Positions 47,201 to 53,977 of a stretch of DNA of 64,000 bases are shown in pieces. A program made the translations under genes and the position numbers. Each line of letters opens with the position of its first letter. Position 1 is the first letter of the stretch. The DNA lies in IMG/VR virus record IMGVR_UViG_3300025679_000005. One strand, 5' to 3'. A model generated the notes under the pieces. It worked only from the letters and a program-made list of their open reading frames with translations, made no database searches and was not told the DNA's origin. Source of the DNA: a virus. Taxonomy: Duplodnaviria; Caudoviricetes.

Positions 47201-47625
47201 CGGATTTCTATACTAGAGACAACACTAGTAAGATGTACCAGACGGTGAAGGAATTCATGTATGACGAGAAGTTGGAGTTGTACGACTTCCCGATTCCTGA
47301 GCGTGCCAAGGATGGCAGCAAGCATTCGCCATTGATCGCTGAGCTTTTGACCCTGCAAGCTGAGCAAATAAGCAAGAACATTGTGACCGTTCAGGCCCCC
47401 AACAAAGTTGGAGCCCACGACGACTTGAGCGATGCCTTGATTCGATCCATCTGGCTGAGTTCGGAAGTCATGATGAATCGAAAGCACACGGCCCACGGTC
47501 AGGCTTACCGCCCAGCGGTGGCTTCGGCCATGACCCCTCAAAGGTACCAGATGTCCCGCATGCTCAAGCATGGTGGTGGCGGAGATCGCAGTCTAAGCGG
47601 CCGTCGCCCAATTAGGCAGAGGTAA
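44263..47625 (+). CDS. Terminase large subunit with intein (about 671 aa after splicing)
   Basis: Reconstituted Walker A GRRGGK|TT; Walker B IILDEVAHF; ISSP; nuclease motifs GIDVG and HDDLSDAL. Confidence 0.93.
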   Translation: MAEKKREGLVNLVRNANQKVKATQAVATNSGAGGGGLGGGPKIFSVLEYIEQPWGLAMNLYPAQRFLVKLYYNLELDTKIPDDPNKRIQVTDMLKTKILYELSERDYLTYLFNEGRCNIGEQDHDRRELVLSIGRRGGKCVCGDTLVLTNDGIRQIADLGTALEDGFSPLELGIVQEAGKRSTSAAFYNGGVKPTFSVKTDSGYSLKGTGPHRVKVLTKTGKVEWVYLDQLQVGDFVAINRSTDLWAAKLMDLRPFHNETGRKDVRLPELLDERLGNFIGYLVGDGTWGDDHAVSVTVEHPETWAYLKEAFQTLLGEPRVQMDERTVNTGRLEFCSVRARRFFDDIGWKQDCARDQKMIPWSILQSPKSVVCAFLRGLFETDGCAESGGRSITFSSASFRLAHEVQIVLLNLGIVSNVARKWNSKTKKHYANLRVKGTRSRRLFAQLIGFDSDKKRLPMLASLELAQEGKSDTESIPHQYSAIRDWLESIPKAGPGAGHRRSRLRDVLANTCKPSSGEDLTYPRLAKAISVAKEMGAGEQETAHFEELARLDYFYDAVTSVEQGEDQVYDLTVPDGEAFVANGMTNHNTTLSGIFASYEVYRLLNLYNPQEYYGLPNGNRIQIISVATDKDQAGLLFNEVASHIVKCEYFKPHTASNTQTFLNFRTPYDIEKFGTDVRNGDGKYQSLNGKATIRVTFKGANGKGLRGAGNVVIILDEVAHFLDKGGGSAEEVYGAVVPSSAAFSKKDQKTKRALIDPITGIEAPVESRVILISSPLGKSGLFYDKFDLAMRGGPGAHNILAIQAPTWEINPTVPSSYYKEKYHANPITFVTEHGAQFSDQVRGWIERESDLQACINPILQPKLAGTPRSPHQMGIDVGLVNDGTAIAITHVEGDKIVLDYHEIWYAGENWREANPHLDFSVATDYAKSLGNVQRIDFDAIGEWILALCKRFHITAGIFDRWNGIPLEQFLHKHGLKQFTSDFYTRDNTSKMYQTVKEFMYDEKLELYDFPIPERAKDGSKHSPLIAELLTLQAEQISKNIVTVQAPNKVGAHDDLSDALIRSIWLSSEVMMNRKHTAHGQAYRPAVASAMTPQRYQMSRMLKHGGGGDRSLSGRRPIRQR
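44680..46026 (+). mobile_element. Intein (449 aa) with LAGLIDADG endonuclease, inside the terminase Walker A
   Basis: CVCGDTLV ... FVANGMTNHN|T; FIGYLVGDG and FLRGLFETDG. Confidence 0.95.
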
Positions 47626-47629
47626 CCCC

Positions 47630-47884
47630 ATGGATGACCCCCGTCCCCTACCACTTGAATTTGCGAATCGAGTAATCCGGCAGTTCCTGGATCACTTGTT
47701 GGGTACGGATCTGATCGCCAAACCGAAGGACCTATTGAAACTTAGGGTTCTTTTTCGGCATCTAGGGGGAAATTGGGAACAGCTCCAGTTGGGGGACATC
47801 AAGCAGCTCCTTCTGTTGGAGAAGCTATTATCGAAGTGGGGTCAGAGCAAAGACCGCGAACGTGAACCGAAGGACGGTGGATGA
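47630..47884 (+). CDS. Hypothetical protein
   Basis: 84-aa ORF with GAGG SD, coupled to the next gene. Confidence 0.65.
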   Translation: MDDPRPLPLEFANRVIRQFLDHLLGTDLIAKPKDLLKLRVLFRHLGGNWEQLQLGDIKQLLLLEKLLSKWGQSKDREREPKDGG

Positions 47885-48405
47885 TGCCTCCTGAGCAATT
47901 TCGAACGAGGGACTGCGTTATCCTTGTGAAAGGAGACGCCTATCCGGTGACGGTTGCTCCAGCTATGGCTTCTGGTGGCTGGAAAGGTGGCCAAGGAGTC
48001 CAATGGGTCGCCTCATCCAAAGACGAGTTTCTGGTCACCTACTCCGACGGCCTCTATGCGGGATTCCTTCTTTGGGGATCAGATGAGTCTTCGGATCAGT
48101 TCACGGCGATGACTAGGAACCAGCCGGCGTATCAATTTACGACGATTGGCGCTGGCGGCTGGGTCATCATGACGACGGCCTACGAGCAATACACCTGGCA
48201 GTCCCGTCAATCTGGTCCGCTGGTGCCGATCGTGTATACTGCCAGTGATCGCCTGGTGTTCTCTCTTCGAGGATACTGGTCGAACCAGGACGAATGGTCT
48301 TTGTCGGGCGACCTCCGCGCTCCTAACAACTACTTCATAGGTTTCGTGATCCAACCCCCGACACCTGCCCCTGGTGGGTATATGGCGATTCAAGTGAGCA
48401 TTTAA
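47881..48405 (+). CDS. Capsid decoration-like paralog 1
   Basis: FRTRD..KGD...GW.GGQ.V.W...YSDGLY.GF; C-terminal half aligns with the gene at 63274. Confidence 0.7.
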   Translation: MMPPEQFRTRDCVILVKGDAYPVTVAPAMASGGWKGGQGVQWVASSKDEFLVTYSDGLYAGFLLWGSDESSDQFTAMTRNQPAYQFTTIGAGGWVIMTTAYEQYTWQSRQSGPLVPIVYTASDRLVFSLRGYWSNQDEWSLSGDLRAPNNYFIGFVIQPPTPAPGGYMAIQVSI

Positions 48406-48408
48406 AAG

Positions 48409-49098
48409 ATGGCCACGAAGACTTGTATCCTATGTGAGGTAGCCCCCAGTCGAGAGGGTAACTCTTGGTGTGCTGAGTGCGCCAAAGCTTACGGCAGGGC
48501 TTATATGAAGGAGCGAAGGACGGGGGCCCCTTTCGTGGAAGCCGAGCGTGTTTACGCAAAGCTCCGTAGGCAAAATAATCTTGACAAGATGCGGGCCATT
48601 GACAGGGATCGTACCCAGACGCAGCAAATTTGGCTTAATCAGTTGAAATCAGCCCCTTGCTTGGATTGCTTAGGGCTATTCCCGCCATGTTGTATGGACT
48701 TTGATCATGTGCGTGGCCCTAAGGCCAAAGGCATAGGTGAGATGCTCACTTACAGTAAGGAAATAATCCTTGCAGAGATTGCCAAGTGCGATCTTGTCTG
48801 TGCCTGCTGTCACAGGGTTCGGACACATCCTCAAAGACACGCGACCAAGAACCCGTCTAGAGCTAGATACTATGCAAAGGTGGATGCTCTTAAGGACGTC
48901 CCTTGTTTGGATTGCGGGGGATGCTTCCAGCCAGTGGCCATGGACTTCGATCATATTCGAGGGGAGAAGATCGCCACCGTGGCTCAAATGCGTTCAATGC
49001 CTTGGGCCAGAGCCCTCCTAGAGATTGCAAAATGTGAGCTTGTCTGCGCCAATTGCCATCGAATAAGAACTCAACAACGCATGCCGAGGGCAGCATGA
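48409..49098 (+). CDS. Homing-type nuclease with two tandem HNH units
   Basis: Two copies of PCLDC...MDFDH.RG.K...EIAKC.LVCA.CHR.RT. Confidence 0.85.
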   Translation: MATKTCILCEVAPSREGNSWCAECAKAYGRAYMKERRTGAPFVEAERVYAKLRRQNNLDKMRAIDRDRTQTQQIWLNQLKSAPCLDCLGLFPPCCMDFDHVRGPKAKGIGEMLTYSKEIILAEIAKCDLVCACCHRVRTHPQRHATKNPSRARYYAKVDALKDVPCLDCGGCFQPVAMDFDHIRGEKIATVAQMRSMPWARALLEIAKCELVCANCHRIRTQQRMPRAA

Positions 49099-49616
49099 CC
49101 GAGATCTTCCGCACTCGGGATGTAGTTGTGCTATTTAAGGGCGACTCGTACACCGTCGAGATCTCCTCGCAGATGCAGCAGGCTGGTTGGGCTGGGGGGC
49201 AGGCGGTGATGTGGGCGGACTCCCCCAAAGATGAATTCAGGGTTACCTACTCTGACGGTCTCTACGGAGGGTTCTTTCTCTGGGGTTCGAATGAATCGTC
49301 CGACCAGTACGTGTCCTTCTTCGAGAACCAGCTGGAGTACGGCTTCGGAGTGCTTTGCCTGGGTGGGTGGTTGATCTCCACCACAACCTACGAGAGATAC
49401 ACCTATGCGTCTCGTACTGGCCCGGGGCCTTTAGTTCCGTTGGTATATACAGAAGGAGTGCGACTTCTATTCTCTCTTCGAGGCTATTTCACCATAGAGG
49501 ATGAGTTTTCTTTATCCGGGGATCCCCGGGCTCCTAACGGCTTTTATATAGGCTCGATCACACAGAGTCCGAAGGCAGCCAACGATTTTTACCTGGGGAT
49601 TCAAACGGCCATATGA
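49095..49616 (+). CDS. Capsid decoration-like paralog 2
   Basis: MTEIFRTRDVVVLFKGD...; ATGA-coupled; colinear with paralog 1. Confidence 0.7.
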   Translation: MTEIFRTRDVVVLFKGDSYTVEISSQMQQAGWAGGQAVMWADSPKDEFRVTYSDGLYGGFFLWGSNESSDQYVSFFENQLEYGFGVLCLGGWLISTTTYERYTYASRTGPGPLVPLVYTEGVRLLFSLRGYFTIEDEFSLSGDPRAPNGFYIGSITQSPKAANDFYLGIQTAI

Positions 49617-50137
49617 CTGAAATAGCTCGCTTCCGCGATGTGGTGGTCTTTTTCAAGGGCGACACAACGACTGTCACTATTTCGAGTAATATGGTGGCCG
49701 GCGGTTGGGCTGGCGGCCAAGGTGTGCAGTGGGTGGGGACTGTCGCAGATGATCGTGTGGTGACGTATTCCAGCGGGCTCTACGGAGGATTTTTGCTGGA
49801 GGGGTCGGAAGAGGTGGGCGCCAAGTTCACGGCTATGACCGATCAGCAGACTACCTACCGCTATGCGGTCATGATGTTCGGTGGTGCCTTGATTTCGACA
49901 TCTACCTACGAGAAGTACACCTATGCATCACGCATTGCCGGTGGGCCTCTTGTGCTGTTGACCTACAATCCTAGTGATCCTTTATACTTCTCGCTAAGAG
50001 GCTTGTTTACGAATGAAGACGAGTTGTCTCAGCAGGTACCGTCAAACCCCCTAGCTCCAGCGTTTTTCGTGGGTTTCGTGGCTCAAATCCCGAAGGCACT
50101 GAACAACTATTGGCTGGGGATTCAGACGAGCATGTGA
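49613..50137 (+). CDS. Capsid decoration-like paralog 3
   Basis: MTEIARFRDVVVFFKGD...; colinear with paralogs 1 and 2. Confidence 0.7.
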   Translation: MTEIARFRDVVVFFKGDTTTVTISSNMVAGGWAGGQGVQWVGTVADDRVVTYSSGLYGGFLLEGSEEVGAKFTAMTDQQTTYRYAVMMFGGALISTSTYEKYTYASRIAGGPLVLLTYNPSDPLYFSLRGLFTNEDELSQQVPSNPLAPAFFVGFVAQIPKALNNYWLGIQTSM

Positions 50138-50152
50138 TAGGCTGAACCCCGA

Positions 50153-50599
50153 ATGCCCCAACTAGACCCTAAAGCCATTCTCGCGGCGTTGACTGCTCAG
50201 CAGCCCGCCAATGAGAAGGACATCGATGAGCTGGTACTGCGAGTTCAAGAGGCTCGCAAATCAGCCGATGAGGCTATTTCCAAGCTGTTCGAGGTATCGA
50301 GCGAATTACGTGAAAAGGTTCGCAGGGCCCCTACAGCAGGCGCCCACAGCCATATGATTTTTGCCAATGCCTACATTCGCCTAGCCGCTGCCTTTGCACA
50401 AGGCCTCAAGCGGCTGGTCTCCACTGATCGTCTTCTTGTTCGAGCCAAATCCGAACAAGAAGAGGCGGCTAGGGATGAGGCCCAGCAGAAGGCTCAGGAC
50501 GACGTGCGTAGGGCAAAAAAGCAGGCGGCCAAGCTAGTGCAGAGGACTGCCAGCGCTTTTGATGAACTGTATGGAGAGGTAATTTCAGATGCCAAGTGA
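50153..50599 (+). CDS. Helical hypothetical protein
   Basis: 148-aa Ala/Gln/Lys-rich ORF overlapping the portal start. Confidence 0.65.
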   Translation: MPQLDPKAILAALTAQQPANEKDIDELVLRVQEARKSADEAISKLFEVSSELREKVRRAPTAGAHSHMIFANAYIRLAAAFAQGLKRLVSTDRLLVRAKSEQEEAARDEAQQKAQDDVRRAKKQAAKLVQRTASAFDELYGEVISDAK

Positions 50600-53500
50600 T
50601 CGCTACACGAACTATGCGAGTCCTGGGCAGTACTTGGTGAGGACTTCCGTCCGCCCTCAAGCGACGCCCTATGTGGCTAATAGCTACACGAACCAACTAA
50701 CCTACAAGGAGAGGTTGGCCAGGCAACAAATACGCACGGCGTCTATTGGCGGCACTGGAGCGGGAGGCGGCGGCTTTAGCGGCGGCGGGGGAATGGGTGG
50801 AGGCACCATCCAGAGTTCCCAGGGCAATTTCTTCAGTCCTCAACTTTCGACGGACTTTCTTGAACTACCCCAGAGCATTCGTGAGCGGAGAGAGATCTAC
50901 CGCCACTTCTACGAGACGGACGAACTAGTCGGGCAGGCCATAGACCTGCACACGGAACTACCCCTTTCTAAGGTGCGCCTGGCGGCACCAAAGCCCAGGA
51001 CTTGTCCCCCCGGATTCGAGAGTGCGGACTCCTATGGGAAGTACATCCTCAGTCGATTTGAGCGGATGTGCAAGAAGATCAAGCTGTTCCAGCGGCTCAT
51101 TACCATGGTCCATCATTACTGGTTGGACGGTATGGCGGTTATTTTCGCTGAAGACGGCCAGATAGATGTCCCGGAAGAAGTAGGCTACGAGCGACGCACA
51201 GTCAAGACAGCCCTTTTGACAGAGGATGGGGACGCTGTCGAGCGCGAGGAAACCCAGCTCTTTGAGAGGGCCGACCGCGAAGAGCAGGAGTTCAAGTACT
51301 ACCAGAAGAACTACAAGGGCTGGACCAAGCTCACGGTATTGCCCATCGACAAGGTGCAGATCACCTCTTTCGATTACACGGACAAGTCCATCCTAGAGCT
51401 GATCCCTTCAGACAAGGATAAGGCCCTCCTGGAACGGGCTAGCATGGGCGACCCTGTAGCTCAGAGAATGGTCGAAGAAATACCCGAAGAAATACGAGAG
51501 CACATAGCCAACGGGAAGCTCATCCCGTTGGGCACGGACCCGGATGAGGGTTCTTTCGCCCATATTCTCACGGGCAGCAAGAGTGCCGACTCCTCCCTAG
51601 GACAGTCGATCTTGAATCGCTGTCATATTGCAGGCACTCCAGTTTTGGCGAAACGTGACGGTCAAGTACTCCAGATCCCCATCGAGGAATTGAACCCCGA
51701 CACCGACAAGGTGCTTAGCCATGCCGGGGTTTGGCGGGACTTTGAGATAGGGGTCCGCAGCGTTTCAGAGGAGATCTCCCTCCTACATGTCGCCAAGATG
51801 GGGGAACCTATTGGGTCGACTTCGGACCACCGCTACCCTGTACTTCGTGGGGATGAAACGGTCGAGTTAGATGCGAAGGACATCGAGCCCGGAGACTATC
51901 TTCAGGTTGCTCAGATCCCCCTCAATGAGGCGATGAATCCGCGTGTCGACCTTTCCTATATCTTTGACGGAGTCTGTGAAGACTACAAGGCTAGGAAATC
52001 CGGGCAAGAGGTTGTCCAGACCCTTACTGTGACGGATCGGACCGACACGACCTTCGTGGTCCAGTATTCGAAGCCCGAAACGGGTTTCAGGATGCAGAAG
52101 CATTTAGACGGATTGGCCTTGGCGGCAGAATGGTTGCGAGGCGTTACAGAGCCTACGACCATCAGAGCCCTGGTGTTTTGCGAACGCTTCGGATTCAACC
52201 ACAATCATCTCAACCGAACTCTTGAGAAACTAGGAGCTTTGGGCGCCAGCTATGAGGTGGTCGGCCGCTCTCACGCCAAGACTAGTGCTTTTGACATCCA
52301 ATTCAGTCCATCAACGATGGCGGACCCTTCGAAGGAGGCTACACGGACCAAGAGCTTCCCCCGTTGGCTGGCCCTCGACGGCGACCTGGGGTACTTCCTG
52401 GGGTATTGGCTGGGGGACGGCCATATCTCGAAGCAGGATGGGTTGGATTACGGCGCTCTAGGTTTCACCTATGGCCCCAATGAGCCAGCTTCGGTCGTCT
52501 CGATCGAACAACGGATCAAGCCGATGCTTGATCGTCTTAAGGTCACGTGGTCAGAAAGCCCTATGGGGGCAGGGATTCACATGGACGGCTATCAGGATGC
52601 TGTCATACGCTGGATGGCCCAGAATTTTGGCCACACTTGCGAAGACAAGTGCCTGCCACCGTGGATCTTCAGTGCCCCCAAAGACTTCCTGAAAGGCCTG
52701 CTACGCGGCTTCTGTGACTCCGATGGGGACGTGACGACCAAGAAGGATGGCAGCGTCTCGGTACGCTTCAGCGGCACCAACAAGGTGCTCATGGACCAGA
52801 CCTTCCTGCTCTGCACCTCGTTGGGTATCCCCGTATCAAGGTGCACCACCAAACGACGTTGGGTCAAGCAAGCAGATGGCAGTATGAGCTTTGCCAAGGA
52901 GCTGTACGCCGTTCACTTCACACATGGACCTTCCGTGAAGTCCTTCTTCGAGTCGGGCTTCCTAGCTAAGCGCAAGGAACACGATTCGTGGAAAGATGGC
53001 CGCTCGGGGTCTCGGCACAAGTTCGTAGGGGACAAGCTTTACTACAGGGTCTCGAAGGTGGGGTCAGCTCAGCACACGGGACCTGTCTTTAGTCTCAACG
53101 TACATGTTGATCATTCACTTTACGTTTCGCTCGTAAGTACGCGGAATTGCTTAAGAACTTTGTATTATCGCGAAAAACTACGTCAAGCGCAGACATCCAT
53201 TGCCTCAAGAGCGATGACCCCCAAGCGTATTGTCTGGGCGGAGGGTCTAAGCGAAGTAGATGTCGACCAACTACGTGAGCAGGTGGACCTTTCGCTGGTC
53301 GACCCCGACTACTCGATTGTAGCCAACTACGAAATACATTGGGAAGAGATGGGGTCCAAGGATCGCCTCCTCGACCTTAGTGGTGAGTACGAGCAGACAG
53401 AACGGCGCCTCCTCGTGGGCATGGGCGTGACGGAGTCCCTCATGAGTGGTGAGTCTCTGTATTCAGGGGATCGCCTTAAACTAGAGGTCATCAACAACCG

Positions 53501-53942
53501 GTACCTGCATCTTCGTGAGATCCTTCAGGAGTACGTGGAAGACTCCCTGTTCGCTCCAGTAGCTCGCCGCATGGGGTTCGTAGAACAGGACGAATGGGGT
53601 CAGGAAGTTGTTCTGTACCCACGTTTGAGCTTCACACGATTGCCATTGCGGGACAGCCAAGACACCTTCGACGCATTGTACAATCTGTACCAGAAGGGGT
53701 CTATTTCGATCGATCTCATCCTGGAGATGCTCAACATCGATCCATCTGATACCAAGTCCAAGATCGAACGTGACATGTTCACGGTCAATGACGCCATTTT
53801 CAATGAAATTCTACGGTCCCTGTACAATGAAGTGGGCCGGATGTTGGCAGACAAGACAGACATCCTTGATCGCGTGTCTGAGTACATGAACCTGAAGATG
53901 AAGCCCCAGGAGGGCGGCGGACAGGAAGAGTCCAGGTTCTGA
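50589..53942 (+). CDS. Portal protein with intein (about 608 aa after splicing)
   Basis: Position between terminase and protease; portal-like helices (AIDLHTELP, YLHLREILQEYVEDSLFAPVA..MGF). Confidence 0.8.
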   Translation: MPSDRYTNYASPGQYLVRTSVRPQATPYVANSYTNQLTYKERLARQQIRTASIGGTGAGGGGFSGGGGMGGGTIQSSQGNFFSPQLSTDFLELPQSIRERREIYRHFYETDELVGQAIDLHTELPLSKVRLAAPKPRTCPPGFESADSYGKYILSRFERMCKKIKLFQRLITMVHHYWLDGMAVIFAEDGQIDVPEEVGYERRTVKTALLTEDGDAVEREETQLFERADREEQEFKYYQKNYKGWTKLTVLPIDKVQITSFDYTDKSILELIPSDKDKALLERASMGDPVAQRMVEEIPEEIREHIANGKLIPLGTDPDEGSFAHILTGSKSADSSLGQSILNRCHIAGTPVLAKRDGQVLQIPIEELNPDTDKVLSHAGVWRDFEIGVRSVSEEISLLHVAKMGEPIGSTSDHRYPVLRGDETVELDAKDIEPGDYLQVAQIPLNEAMNPRVDLSYIFDGVCEDYKARKSGQEVVQTLTVTDRTDTTFVVQYSKPETGFRMQKHLDGLALAAEWLRGVTEPTTIRALVFCERFGFNHNHLNRTLEKLGALGASYEVVGRSHAKTSAFDIQFSPSTMADPSKEATRTKSFPRWLALDGDLGYFLGYWLGDGHISKQDGLDYGALGFTYGPNEPASVVSIEQRIKPMLDRLKVTWSESPMGAGIHMDGYQDAVIRWMAQNFGHTCEDKCLPPWIFSAPKDFLKGLLRGFCDSDGDVTTKKDGSVSVRFSGTNKVLMDQTFLLCTSLGIPVSRCTTKRRWVKQADGSMSFAKELYAVHFTHGPSVKSFFESGFLAKRKEHDSWKDGRSGSRHKFVGDKLYYRVSKVGSAQHTGPVFSLNVHVDHSLYVSLVSTRNCLRTLYYREKLRQAQTSIASRAMTPKRIVWAEGLSEVDVDQLREQVDLSLVDPDYSIVANYEIHWEEMGSKDRLLDLSGEYEQTERRLLVGMGVTESLMSGESLYSGDRLKLEVINNRYLHLREILQEYVEDSLFAPVARRMGFVEQDEWGQEVVLYPRLSFTRLPLRDSQDTFDALYNLYQKGSISIDLILEMLNIDPSDTKSKIERDMFTVNDAIFNEILRSLYNEVGRMLADKTDILDRVSEYMNLKMKPQEGGGQEESRF
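51621..53147 (+). mobile_element. Intein (509 aa) with LAGLIDADG endonuclease and a non-canonical Arg-Asn end
   Basis: CHIAGTPV; block B TSDHRY; FLGYWLGDG and LLRGFCDSDG; ...GPVFSLNV..DHSLYV...TRN|C. Confidence 0.9.
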
Positions 53943-53977
53943 GACTGACGGTCCTTTTATGGATTCCGTAAGGGTGC

